Shown here piece by piece: positions 39,580-54,140 of a stretch of 64,000 bases of DNA; position 1 is the first letter of the stretch; the number at the start of each line of letters is the position of its first letter. The translations under genes were made by a program, and so were the position numbers. A model generated the notes under the pieces. The model did not search any database. It worked only from the letters and a program-made list of their open reading frames with translations, and had not been told where the DNA came from. The stretch comes from Eledone cirrhosa (Eukaryota): the NCBI GenBank assembly GCA_964016885.1, contig OZ024740.1, forward strand, positions 73,284,001 through 73,348,000, given 5' to 3'.

Positions 39580-42500
39580 TTTAAAAAAACAACAAAAAGA
39601 AAACCCCGTGACCAAGAAATACCGGGATGGCGGCCGGCGGGGAATAGCCGTGTCTCTAGGGGAGAACGACCCCTCTAGTCTTGGTTGACACTCGTTCTAG
39701 AAGTGGTAACACGAAATGATTACCCCTTGGCGGATAAGGATAAAACGCGACAAAATAAAGTAAATGTCTAATGATAAAATCTCATACCGGATCGGCCGTC
39801 ACCCGGGTAAAAAAGGGCCGCGTCCCTCAGAGAGGAACCAGACTGGGGTCGAAAAATCAGCTAATGGTTCAAACCTTCCCATCACTTCGGAGCTGGAGAC
39901 CTCCCATAACCGGAATACTCCTACTGTTGGCCCTCCATGCTCACCACCAAGAAATCCAAAGAAAAAGAGAGAAAAATGGTCAAGGGAAGATAATAAAGAA
40001 GTCCTTGAGGCTTTCTACACTGCCATGTACTACCCATCAAATACATCGAATACAGAACAGACATATATCAACTGAAAAAAGAAACATCCCGAAAACAGAG
40101 GCTATATTGACAGTAACAAACTAGCCAATATACGAAGAAATATTGTAAGAAAAAAGTTACTAACTGATATAGACATTGATCAGATCAAGCTATTAGCACA
40201 AAGTCAGCGAAGGGAAAATGAAACATGTGTCAGTGAAAACGAGGTAAACTGTAACACTTCGAACCCCAGGGTTGGGGCGGAATCACTGGCAACAGAACAA
40301 ATTAAAGAAAGGATCGAAAAAGTGGAGGGAGTGCATGCTCAGGATGAAACTCCAAATGAAAATAATGAGATCGTAAATGATAAAGAAATGAATGAGAATG
40401 AACTTGCCAACTTGAAGGATGAAATTATGATCGAATGGATGAAAATGAAAAAATCTGACATGGGGCAACGAGACACCCTCCCTAATATCCAGAACTCCAA
40501 ACAGAACCAAAAGATAATACACAAGACTAACATAATTCTCAAAAACATTATCATCACAAACAAACTAAACATTACTGATTTAAATCATCTCTATTATGCA
40601 TCGGCTAAAGTCACCACTCACTTATGTGGAGTGAAGATGAAAAAACAAAGGAATTCCCACAAGAAATCTACTTGGCAAGAGAACATCAATCGCCAAATAA
40701 ACCTTCTCCGATCTGACAGAAATGTTAACAAACTATAAAGTAGGTGAACATGTTAAACAAACTAAACTTAGAAAATTGAAAAAAAAGTACAGTATAAAAT
40801 CAACATGTGACATAGACATGCTGATAGAAATAATCAAGCAAAAAGTGTCGGCCAAAGCTGCTCGTATAAGGCGCTTTGAAAAACGATCTAGATTCTATAA
40901 GGACAATAATATGTTCAAAAACAACCAAAGAAACTTCTACAGAAAAATTGGTAAGTCAACAATAACTGCTAAATCAATACCACCCAAGGAGGAAGTGCAA
41001 GAATTCTGGGAAAAGATCTGGGCCGAAGAAAAAGTTCATAACATACATGCCCCATGGATAGACAGACAAATGAAAGATACAGCTCACCTTGAGGAACAAA
41101 TATGGGAAAATATAACAGTTGAACAGTTGCGCTTGGCTCTAAGAAAAACCAGCAAATGGAAATCCCCAGGAAAAGACAAAATACAAAACTTTTGGATAAA
41201 TGCCTTCACAGAGTCTCATGAGCTGTTAGCCCAACTTTACAATGAAATAGTTAAGGAGCCAGAAAATATACCATCATGGCTAGTTAACGGCATTACATTC
41301 CTGCTTCCGAAGAATGATGAGACAAACAATCCCAAAAATTACAGACCGATAACTTGCTTGACCACAATGTATAAAATTTTAACATCAGTCCTAACTGAAT
41401 ACACATATGACCACCTGATAACAAATGACCTATTTCCCATTGAGCAGAAGGGGTGTAAACGAGGGTCATATGGCTGTAAGGATCAGCTTCTGGTTAACAA
41501 AATGATACTGGAAGATTGTCATAATAGACACAAAAATCTATCGATTGCTTGGATAGATTATAAAAAAGCATTCGATAGTTTGCCACACAGTTGGATTGAA
41601 AAATGTTTAGAGATTTTCAAAATATCCCCCGTTGTCAGGAGGTTTTTGTCATTCAGTATGAAGACATGGAAAACGACACTCCTTTTGAATAGTGAAACAA
41701 AATCACTGGAAGCTGGAGAAGTTAATATTAATTGTGGAATTTTTTAGGGTGACTCTTTATCACCGCTTTTATTCTGCATCGCACTTATACCATTAAGTAA
41801 AATGCTCAATGAAACAAAACATGGATATAAAGTCTATGACAAAACCATTAATCACCTGTTCTACATGGATGACCTGAAACTATTTGCAAAAAAGGATGAA
41901 CAATTGCAAGGGCTATTATCCACTGTAGAGCAGTTCAGTGATGACATTAAAATGGAGTTTGGACTAGATAAATGCGCCAAAGCAACGTTCACCAGAGGAA
42001 AGCTGCTGAAGAGTTCGGACATTAATCTTGATAGGGGGGATCGTGATAAGAGAACTTGATCAAGAAAAAACTTACAAATATCTAGGTGTTTGTGAAGGAG
42101 ACGGAATCAAGCACTCGACAATGAGGGAAAGGATAAGGAAGGAATGTTACCGCAGAGTAAGAGCAATCTTAAGAACGGAATTGAATGCAAGGAATAGGAT
42201 CGATGCCATAAACACGCTTGCCATACCAGTAGTAACCTACAGTTACAATGTCATCAACTGGTCAAGCACAGAGATCCGTAGGCTCGATACAAAAATTCAA
42301 AAATTCTTAACCATGCACAGAATGCATCACCCTAAGGCAGACATAGATAGAATATATCTCCCTAGGAAAGAAGGAGGACGTGGGTTGATCCAGTTAGACA
42401 TTGCGTTGAAAACTGCAACAATTGGATTATCTACATATCTAAGGGAATCACATGATTGGATGATCAAACTCGTTTTGAAACACGAAAGCATCAAAAGATC

Positions 42501-43541
42501 ATATTCCATTACAAAAGATGCACAAAGATACAGTAATGGACTACAAATTTCAGAAGTCCCATTTACTGCTGAAATGGAAAACACAGAAAAAGCAAAGCAG
42601 GTAAAAGTAACTGCAAAGAAAGAACTGCTACAGAAACTGGCTAAGAAATGGCAAGAAAAGCCTCTGTATGGAAAATACCCAGAACGAGCTAACAATCCTG
42701 ATGTTGACAAAACTTTAACCCATCAGTGGTTGGCATCCTCTGGACTGAAATCGGAGACTGAAAATTACCAAGCCAACATAATAAAAAATGGATGCAGCCC
42801 ATTATGCCGTGTATGTAAAAAACAACCAGAGACCATTGACCATATAATTTCAATGTGCAGTCCTATAGCTCCAACCGAATACCTAAACAGGCATGACAGA
42901 GCTGCACAATACATACATTGGATAATGTGTAAGCATTTTGACCTACCCCATCAAAAGAATTGGTGGGAGCATCAACCACCTCCCATACTTGAAAAAGATC
43001 ACATCTCAATCTTGTGGAACTTTAGCATCCAAACAGACCGAAAAATAGATGCAAATAGACCTGATATAATACTGAAGGACTTTAAAAAGAGGGTATGCCT
43101 GCTAATTGATATGTCCGTTCCAATAGACAAGAATGTATCTATAAAAACATTTGAAAAATTGAGCAAGTATAAGGACCTGGAGATAGAAATTGGAAAAATG
43201 TGGAAATTGAGAACTAAAACAATACCAGTGGTTGTAGGCGCTCTGGGAATGATACATAAGGGGTCTAATGATTACTTATCGCAGATCCCGGGAAACCCGC
43301 GTATAGGAGAAATACAAAAGATAGTACTAATGGGAACTGCCCATATACTAAGGAAGATTCTGTCAATATAAGTACATCACAAGTCTAAACACCTAAAGAT
43401 GCATGTGTGAGTATGTATGTTCTTTCTTGAACATGGCGGACCTTGTTGTCTCTTGCGGTCACTGGTTGTGACTTGGTGATAACTCGTATGAACATAAAGC
43501 AAGATAAATGCAGCTGTAATAATAATAATAATAATAATAAT
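39580..43541 (+). mobile_element. Second, divergent R4/Dong-clade RLE retrotransposon
   Basis: Structured 5'UTR, a broken ORF with RT and RLE, a 3'UTR, and a (TAA)n tail at 43517-43541. The 5' boundary is approximate. Confidence 0.9.
39764..43371 (+). pseudogene. Dong/R4 ORF with 2 stops (40073, 41745), 2 frameshifts (~40720, ~42035) and a short deletion
   Basis: WSREDNKEVLEAFY, KSPGKD, YRPITCL, DYKKAFD, GIF*GDSLSP, FYMDD, CRVC..ETIDHIISMC, RHD, NRPDII..DMSVP..K..KY. Confidence 0.9.
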
Positions 43542-43682
43542 GATATTATTTATAGTATCGAAACTATTGTATTTACTATATTTATAGTAAATACGAAATT
43601 ATTGTTCATAACATCAATATATATGTAACTATATGATTGTTCAGTTGAATCGGAGGTTAATTATATGTACAAACATTGCTAA

Positions 43683-43729
43683 TGCTCCGATGATACCAAA
43701 CAAAAGTTTGGAAGAAACGATTGTCAGCA
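43683..43729 (+). ncRNA. Type I hammerhead candidate with a CCGAUGA core variant
   Basis: tgct-CCGATGA-ta-ccaaac-aaaa-gtttgg-aa-GAAA-cgattg-TC-agca, overlapping AATAAA; the element ends at (TA)n ~43769. Confidence 0.65.
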
Positions 43730-43765
43730 ATAAAATGATATGAACATAACTTTGATAATTGTGTA

Positions 43766-43861
<96 letters not shown>

Positions 43862-43862
43862 G

Positions 43863-43931
<69 letters not shown>

Positions 43932-44204
43932 ACAGTCGATCGACAAGATCCCAGACTTCTTTCGCTTAACGAGTGTGGTGGAGCTCGTCAAATCGGACCG
44001 AGGTTGTTTCTATTGCTAATACTATCTGTCGGTGGCAAATCCAGACAGAAGGAGCAAGGTGAAATAAAGTGTCTTGCTCAAGGACATAACGCATTGCCTG
44101 GTCCGGGAATAGAAACAACAACCTCACGATACAGCCATGCACCTTCACAATATAAACAATATATGTATACATACATAGATACATATATATATATACATAC
44201 ATAG

Positions 44205-44284
<80 letters not shown>

Positions 44285-44313
44285 CTATACGTATATATAT
44301 GTATATATATATG

Positions 44314-44397
<84 letters not shown>

Positions 44398-44528
44398 GTG
44401 AGGTTTTTTTTACAAAATGAAAAATAACCGAGGTGTCCTACACGAGTGAAAGTATAAAGAAAAAGGGATGAAATCGAAAATGCAACTGGAGTCTTATTTT
44501 TTTTTTAAATATATATATTTATTTGGTT

Positions 44529-44566
44529 CCTTTACCGGTTTCGCAGTTCTTCTGCTTTTCAAAAGG
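44529..44566 (-). ncRNA. Decayed minimal type I hammerhead
   Basis: Minus strand reads cctt-TTGAAAA-gcag-aagaa-ctgc-GAAA-ccgg-TA-aagg, then aataaa; in a ~220-bp island between (TA)n tracts. Confidence 0.5.
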
Positions 44567-44884
44567 TGAGTTGAGATGGAGGGTCTGTGGTTTTTCTCAC
44601 ATCTGGATATATATATTATATATATATATACACACACACAGTGAGACACGTGGCTTAGGGATTAAGTTGTTCAGTTCAACTTGAACAAGACATTTTATTT
44701 ATTGTTGTCCCACTCCACTACAAAAAATGAGTTGTAACTGTGTCACGCTGAATCTCCCTGAGAATTATGTTAAAGGTACACGGGTCTGTGAAATGCTCAG
44801 TCACTTGCATGTTAATTTCATGAACAGACTATTCCGTTGATCGAATCAACTGGAACACTTCTCTTCGTAACCGATGAAGGTCCA

Positions 44885-44918
<34 letters not shown>

Positions 44919-45083
44919 TCACATACACACACACTTACACACACATCTATTTGAGTGTCATTGTGAACGTTTTAAATACCTTAAATGTTAGTACCTACCC
45001 TCTCACCCCTTTAACCTCTACCACTATTACAATATTTATCATTTCGTGATGTGTAAACGCCAAACAAAGATATCAACCTCTCC

Positions 45084-45167
<84 letters not shown>

Positions 45168-45212
45168 TTCTCTCTCTCTTGGTTACATCTCTCTTTATCT
45201 CCCTCTCTCTCT

Positions 45213-45251
<39 letters not shown>

Positions 45252-46109
45252 TAGTTACATCTCACTCCCTCTCTTTCATTTAGTTACAGGAACCAAATAT
45301 CATTTACCATAAAGATAATAGCAATGTCGTCCACTTTCTCTATGGATGCTTCTGGAAACTCTACTTGAATAAAATAAAACACTACTACAGGCCAGAAGTT
45401 TAACACTAAAATAATTTAATCAAGGAAATAATATCAGATGTTGATGGACGTTTTTCTTCGTTTAACCTCTGCCGTCTGCTTGGAAATGTCAATAAGCAGA
45501 CGAGAATGGCGGCCATAAACTTATTGACTCTAAGCAGCCTTATTATTATTACTAACAACACTCTGTACGTAGAGTTAGTTGGAAGTATGTACGTCTTTAA
45601 CAAACCTGAGGCAACTTCAAATTTTATCCAGAGAAAGTTGCGCTGAAACAAACAAACAACAGCAGTACAAGCTTATTCATTTTGGAAATTGTCTGGGTCA
45701 ACATTTGAAGGGGCCGGAGTGTTAATTCAATTATAATGGGTCTTGACATTTTTTTTTCTTCCTCTCTGCTCATTATCAAAAGAAAATGTGTGCATTGTTC
45801 ATCAGAATAATCGCTACTAGCGTCGTCGCCATCACCATCATCATCGTCGTTATCGTCGTTATCATCATCGTCGTCGACATCATCATAAATATCACCATCC
45901 TCGTCATCATCATTATTGTTGACATTGACATCATCAATATGACAGACATTACCCTCATCATCACCATCACCAACATCATCAACACCATCAGCATCATCAC
46001 CAACAGCAGCATCATCATCGTTATTGTTGTTGTTGTTGTAGTTGATATTGCTGTTCTTCTTCTCTTCTTCTTCTTTATCGTCTTCTCCTTCTTCGTCGTC
46101 GTTGTCGTC

Positions 46110-46217
46110 TTCTTCTTCTTCTTCTTCTTCTTCTTCTTCTTCTTCTTCTTCTTCTTCTTCTTCTTCTTCTTCTTCTTCTTCTTCTTCTTCTTCTTCTTCT
46201 TCTTCTTCTTCTTCTTC
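46110..46217. repeat. (TTC)n microsatellite following an (ATC/GTC)n low-complexity tract
   Basis: Direct reading. Confidence 0.95.
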
Positions 46218-47076
46218 TCTACTGTTTGTTCTATTTATTATTCCCTATTTATTAATGCGTCCTTATGATTATTGCTAACCCCGTCCAGCCCTTTTACTCA
46301 ATGTAAATGTCACCCCACCCGACCCTCTATGTGTCATGTTTGTTGTTTTCCTATGCATATATCGTCCTTGTATTATTCCTAACGTCTGGGCCCCTGTGTC
46401 CAATGCAAGACATTATTTTTGTTTGTTTAATACACTTTCATTACATTTCTTAATTTAACTGGTCAAAAGGACGAATTGCTAGCGTCATTAGAACGACCGA
46501 TTAAATACACCTCGGTATTTGTTTCGGCTCTCCCCGCTGAGTTCAAATACCGCCGAGGTTAACTTTGCCTTTCATCCTTTCGAGATCTATAAATAAAGTA
46601 CCAGCCCAGTACTTGGGTCCAATCTTCCAAACCGTCCCCCCCCCCCTCTCTCTCTCTTTAATATTCTTTTTATTTCACTTAAAGATATTAGCTGTGTTCC
46701 AGCCTGGAAAAGGATGCGCTCCGCCAGGTTTAAAATGCCCAAGACACACCGTGTATCATGACTGCGTTCCAACGACTCCTTAATCTAACTGCTTCTGCAT
46801 ATTCACTATTGAATACAGATATGCCGTAATGTTTTACTTGCACTTACAGACTTTGGTGGGCCCAAGGTTGTGGAAAGACACTTGCCCACGAGGCCACGAT
46901 GTAGGTTCGAACTTAGAACTCTCTCACTTCATAGCTCGGTGCTGAGGTAGCTGTGACATGATCACAATTTAGATAATACTCACAGCTAGACTAAATGTAT
47001 GTTTATTATACGTAAACACAATGGCCTTGCGCCTAAATCAGAAATCATTATACGTAAACATATATTGTATATGTTC

Positions 47077-47220
47077 ATATAGACAGGGCCATTGCCTATT
47101 AAATATATACTAAATGGGTTCATAAAGGCAAGGCCGACGCCTATTAAACATAAGCAGGGCCAGTGTCTATTAAATAAATATTATGTGTTAATATAGACAG
47201 GCTCGACGCCTATTAAACGT
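47077..47220. repeat. Four degenerate copies of an atagacagggcc..gcctattaaa unit
   Basis: Repeated (g/a)cag(g)gcc..(c/t)g(c/t)ctattaaa motif. Confidence 0.6.
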
Positions 47221-47998
47221 CCTAGGCTAGCTCTACAATTCGCATCCCCTTTTCCTAGAAATGCACACCGTTCCTGCGAATAAAATAATTTCAACTGAGA
47301 GTTTGATAAGCTGACGGGCCTTGTTTTTGACACCACATAGTCTGAACTAATCTTCCATTTCATTTTAGTTTATCGACCTTTCTGTTTCTTTTCTATGTTG
47401 TCTTGTAAATGTCAACTGTTTTCCTCTGCTTACTGAACTTAATGTAGCACATCTCTCTCTCTCTCTCTCTCTGCAGCTCTGAACACAGCCACTTTCTTCC
47501 AGAGAAGAAGAAAAAAAGGGAGAGAGAGAGAGAAATAAAGAACCGATTCCAGTATTGGACTGATACTCTATTGACATCGAAAGAATAAATGGTAAACACC
47601 ACCTCGGAGGGATTCGAACTCAGAGAGATTGAGCCAGAACAAATCACGAGACCTTCAATCCTACGCCGTAACGACTTTGCCAATTCGCCGCCAGATTCTA
47701 TTGTGTATTCAACAAACTCTGACTTTGATAAAAACAGGTTTTTTAATCCTAAGTAATTGAAAAATAAGATTATCTAGTATACAGCCTGGATAGACAATTT
47801 TGAAAATAGGTTTTACTGCGTATTTTACTAAAGTAGTTGTATAGCTTTAGAAAAAAATGTATATCTCTTGAAAAGAATTAAATTTTTTTCATGTATATAA
47901 ATGCCTATGTATGTAGGTAGGTATGCATGTGTGTATGTACGTATGTGTATATATATTTAAGTAAATATATACATATAGATACATATACATACATATTC

Positions 47999-48109
<111 letters not shown>

Positions 48110-48213
48110 GTATATATATATCGATTTAAAAAAAAAAACAATATAAAAACTGGAAAGAAGTGGGTGCAGAAGTTAAAACATCTCAAAATACGGTAATATA
48201 TTATATATATACA

Positions 48214-48285
<72 letters not shown>

Positions 48286-48804
48286 CGTGTGTGTGTATAT
48301 ATGTGTATATAAATGACACACACACACACACACACACACAAGCGCGCGGGCGCGCGCGCACATACATTTATATTTATAGATATATAGATATACAGATATA
48401 TACAGGAAATATGGAAAAAAAAAGAATAGCTTTAGATTTTATTTAATTCTAACATATTTCAATATTTCAAGAATTTAAAAAAAAAAATGAAAAGTAATTT
48501 TTTTTTTTTTTTTTTCAGAAATCAAAATTCAGAATTCCGTTGAATTGGTAAATTCTAGTGAAAAATCTTTTTGATGACATATTTAGTAAGTATGTGAAAT
48601 ACACGGAATAGACGCTGTAAAAATTATTTTCGAGACAATACCAGTACAATTAGCTTTGTGATCAGCACCAATAGAATATATACCACTTGCAGTCTGTTGA
48701 AATTTGATTTGACTTCAATTACCTACCATAAGCTTTACACCAAATATTTCGATTAGTGAATGTACTGTGTTACCCCATATATAGGAAATAAATAATAATA
48801 ATAA

Positions 48805-49145
48805 TGGTTTCTGATTTAGGCACAAGGCCAGCAATTACCCAGTGCATTACTGGTGCTTTATTTTATCGACCCCGTAAGGATGAAATGCAAAGCTAACCTT
48901 GGCGGGAATTGAACTCAGAACGTAAAGGGACATAACTCTATGCTACGAAGCATGGTGTCCGACGCTCTACCGATACTGATAATCTACCGCCCTAATAATA
49001 ATGGCCTCTGCTATAGGCACAAGACCAGTAATTTGGGAGGAGGGGAAAGTCGATTAAATCGATCCCGGTGCATTCCTGATGTTTTATTTTATCGACCCCG
49101 TAAAGATGAAAGGCAAAGTTAACTTTGGTGGGATTTGAACTCAAA
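48805..49145 (-). mobile_element. Two tandem tRNA-derived SINE copies in (TAA)n context
   Basis: ggcacaaggccagcaatt...ttttatcgaccccgtaaggatgaaa...tgaactca occurs twice. Confidence 0.78.
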
Positions 49146-49689
49146 TAATGATAATAATTTTTTTAATGGCTGCTTTGTTGGACACAGGCTAGTTCATTTG
49201 GAGGTTAGTTTTTGTCCAATTTTGCACATTTAAACCGACCGTGGTCGGCCAGAAACACTCTCATCAATTTTCACTATTGACTAAGCAATTCCGTAGCGGT
49301 CACGTATATCTTCTATCGCGGGACAGACTCTTAAGGGGCCCCTTCCAAAATGTTTCTCTTCTCCAACTCTTCGAAAAATTCAAATTCAATCTGGCTAGTT
49401 TAGAATTTTGAGGAAAAGTGTCAATCACATATGTCAAGCTATCCATCGCACTACACACGGTAGCAGAGCCAACAACCGAACTATGCCGATCCTTCAACTG
49501 AGGCTATCGAATGTTACCTGATAACAACAATGACAACAACAACAACCACAAAAATCAAAATGCGACTTATCTAATTCTGCGACATATAAATGAATATATA
49601 TACAGTACTTAAACTTTCTTATATTAACGCTTCATGGCCGAGTAAATGTCATTTCCTCCAGATGCGACGCTGTGGGATCGAACCCGCGA

Positions 49690-50188
49690 CCTCATATCTC
49701 TGTCTATAGAACACCCCCTTCTATCTAACACTACCTCCAACATATGTCTGACAATAGAACATCCCTTCTATGTAACACTACCTCCTACCTTATATCTCTG
49801 ACAATAGAACACCTCTTCTATGTAACACTACCTCCTACCTCATATCTCTGTCTATAGAACACCCCTTCTATGTAACACTACCTCTAACATATCTCTAACT
49901 ATAGAACACCCCTTGTATCTAACAGCACCGCCAACATAGCTCTGTCTATAGAACACCTCTTCTATGTAACACTACCTCCAACATATCTCTGTCTATAGAA
50001 CACCCCTTCTATATAACACTAGCTCCTACCTCATATCTCTGTCTATAGAACACCCCTTCTATATAACACTACCTCCAACATATCTCTGTCTATAGAACAC
50101 CTCTTCTATATAACACTACGTCCTACCTCATATCTCTGTCTATAGAACACCCCTTCTATATAACACTACTTCCTACCTCATATTTCTG
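49690..50188. repeat. Minisatellite, ~46-50-bp unit x ~10
   Basis: catatctctgtctatagaacacccc(t)tctat(a/g)taacactacctcc repeated; begins right after a tRNA-like gggatcgaacccgcgacctc segment. Confidence 0.9.
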
Positions 50189-50229
50189 TTTTCTTTCATT
50201 CCTTTATTCCTACTCTCTCCCCCCCCCCC

Positions 50230-50280
<51 letters not shown>

Positions 50281-50499
50281 CTGTTTGTTTTCTTTTTTCT
50301 CTCTCTTCTTTTCGTGTTTTCTCTTTCTCTCCTTCTCTCACTCTTTCTCTTTCTGTCTTTACTTTATTGCTCTCAATGTCTGTTCATCGTTCTTGTTTTC
50401 ATTCTCTCTTTCTCTCTTTCTTTTCTTTCTCTCTTTCTCTCTCTTTCATTTTGTTTTTATTTCTCTCCATACTTATTCTATCACTCGTTTTCTGTTCGC

Positions 50500-50584
<85 letters not shown>

Positions 50585-52004
50585 CCTCTCCCCTCTCTCT
50601 CTCTCACTTTCTCCTTTCTCTCTCTTCCCGTCTCTCTTCTTCGCTTGTTCCTGCTTTTTTTCATTATAGTTCTCCATTTCTGTTTTCTTCCTTCTTTCTC
50701 CCTCCTAACCACCACCAACGCCAACAACGCTAACGCCACCACCAATACTAACACTAGCTATAACACTACCACAACCAACACCACCACCATCAACACCAAC
50801 ATTACCACCACCAACATCAACGTCACCCCCCACCCACCCCACCACCACTACCACCACCACCACCACCACCAATACCACCACCAATACCACCACCATCACA
50901 TCGTCTTCTTTGCATTTTTCTTGTTTCCATACAGCTATTATTAATTATATCCTAAGTTAGAGTGTTAACGTGACTTAGAAATCAATACACGTAGAAAATT
51001 CCTTGTTTAAAGCTCTTTAACATTTTCAATTTAGAAAACTAAATGGCATTTTAGTGGGTCGGAAAAACTGCAGCTCCTTGAAAAGATGCAGCATTTAACG
51101 GTCTCCATTCCGGCAACCTCTTAGCGGTTCTGTCATTTTTACTGTCCGGAGTTATGCTTTATCATTTCAACTTTAACATGCATGTGAAAGAAACAAGAAA
51201 TGAGCTAGCTTGCTAGATAGATAGCTAGCTCTTGGCACAACTCCCGCTGGCTTCAGACCGGACGATATAATTCGGACTACAAGACTAGCTTCTTTCTCGT
51301 GAAGATTTACCAGTCTCTAAGCTAATTATTGAGCACAATATAAGCGGAAACCTTTTCTTAATTGACGAAAACGAAGGCACTATCACGGAAGAGTCCCCCT
51401 AGCGATAGATCACGATCCTTGGCGGACGTGTCACTCATTAATCCGTGAACAAGGTAGCTAACTCAATAAACAACGTAGAATGCCGTTCTCCATAGTAACA
51501 TGATTTGGGAGGGAATTAAATTGTGTTTTTCTTTCGGTTACTTGTAATAAGCTTACGTGTTGTGAAGGTAAGAGGTACAAGTAAATTGTGGAACAGTTTT
51601 GATTTGGGTGGCCACGAAACACTAAAAATGAAATGTAAAAAATAAAAATAAAAATAAGATATATAAAATAAATTGCTGCTGATTGCAACACTATATAGCC
51701 CGGAAAGCTGTTATTTTTATGGAAAGATATGGAAATATAATTATGACGTCACTATCCATCGACCTACGAGAGGACAATAATTCCATTACAACGACGATCT
51801 TTCAAGCAATATGTACATTTTTAACGAAGAAATTTGTACTTGCTATTTTTCTATCGTTTATACATTTTGAAATGCTTTTGTTATTTATTTGAAATTTTCG
51901 TCCTATAAAATGTATTTTAAATAAAGGTTGTTTTTTAAATCTTTTTCGTTGTTATTAACCACAACGCTGGTTTCTTTACTTTTCCTACATCAATCTTAAA
52001 TTCC

Positions 52005-52101
<97 letters not shown>

Positions 52102-52130
52102 TATATAGATATATAGATATATATAGATAC

Positions 52131-52191
<61 letters not shown>

Positions 52192-52320
52192 CATGCATAT
52201 ATATATATATTTATATATATATATATACATACATACATATATATATACATACATATATATATATATATACATACATGCATATATATATTTATATATATAC
52301 ATACATACATATATATATAC

Positions 52321-52386
<66 letters not shown>

Positions 52387-52563
52387 TTCTGTTAACGTAT
52401 TGCATTCTAATCCCATTTCTTTCCTCTTGTATTTAGTTTCTCCATCTTTACCCTATACACGTGACCATATATTGTTGTCTACTGCCAAGAAGACAATTTA
52501 CTGTTTTAAAGAAAATTTCTTGAGTTTTAAAGAGGAAATTTAAGCGTAATAATCTATCACATA

Positions 52564-52599
<36 letters not shown>

Positions 52600-52720
52600 T
52601 GTATGTATGTATGTATGTTTGTATGTATGTATGTATGTTTGTATTATGTATGCATATGTATATTTAAATGTGTCTATGTGTGTGCATGTATATATATATA
52701 TGTGTGTGTACATGTATATA

Positions 52721-52834
<114 letters not shown>

Positions 52835-53196
52835 GCGTATGTATGTATAAGTGTGTGGATACACATGCACAAGACCTTAAAGGTTGAGTACAAAATATGT
52901 TCATGAATTGAAATAGACATTATAATATAATGTCTATTTCAATTATAATTTATATCAACATTAAGATGCATTTCAAAAAGACAGTGAGAAAATGTATATG
53001 ATAATATGTATGTATGTGCGAATATATTTATATATGTATGTAGGTATGCCTGTTTGCATGTATACATTTATGTGTGAATATGTACGTGTGTATGCATGTC
53101 TGTGTGTGTAGGTATGAATATATATATAGTAGGGGCGGGGTAGTTCGTGTTACAGTGACCACACAAATAAATCGCAGTTTGGAAATCGAACTCACA

Positions 53197-53238
<42 letters not shown>

Positions 53239-53241
<3 letters not shown>

Positions 53242-53260
53242 TTTTACCTGTTCCAGCCCC

Positions 53261-53298
<38 letters not shown>

Positions 53299-53320
53299 GG
53301 GGCTGGAACAGGTAAAAGAA
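53239..53320. repeat. Perfect palindrome with a (TA)n centre
   Basis: ttcttttacctgttccagcccctac-(TA)n-gtaggggctggaacaggtaaaagaa. Confidence 0.92.
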
Positions 53321-54140
53321 TATATATATATATATATATATATTCTTTTACCTGTTCCAGCCATCCGACTGAGGCCATGCTGGGGTACCCTGTTATATAT
53401 CAAGCCTTCCAGCGCTAAAGGGGCTTTTGGGGCTTGAGCTGCTCCAATAATGAGGAAACTTGTCGAATGATGTTAAAGTTTTGTTCTCTTCTTGTTAAAA
53501 AATGATGTCAGTGATGATTTAAAATAATTTGTACCTTAGTTTTTACTACACTGATTTTCTATTGATTCTAAATATGTTAGTATGATCATGTTTTTAATTT
53601 ATTTCTTAGTCTCGTATAGGTGATAAAAAAGCGTGAGCTTCTAATAATAATACAGTACAGTATATATACAATCCTAAAACTGTAACGGAAACTGTATTTA
53701 TGAAGCTCTAGTGTCTACATACTCTGTATACTAAAGCTACTCTATGTAGCTATAGTGTTCACATGCTCACTTATATATACATATATATGTGACTCTAGTT
53801 CTGACTGTCTGAAGTTGCAGTCAACTGTATTTCATTCAGTTCTTATATCGTGCAGCAGCAATTTACTCTTTGAAAGTCAACCATTGGTATCGCTACAGGA
53901 AACCAGCTAATTAAAGAATGGCCGCTTCTTGATCAATTTCATCAATTAATTAGTCCTGCTGAGACATATTTAGCTTGACTTTAACGATTTAAAAATTTAA
54001 CTCGTTATTATCACAGGATTAATTTCTCAATTCAATACGATCTTTTCTTCTCTATCGTTCGTCGTTTTCTCTTTCATTTAATAAATCTCTTCTATATTCA
54101 TGTATATTCTAATAATTTCTTATCCTTTTATTTTTGCAAT

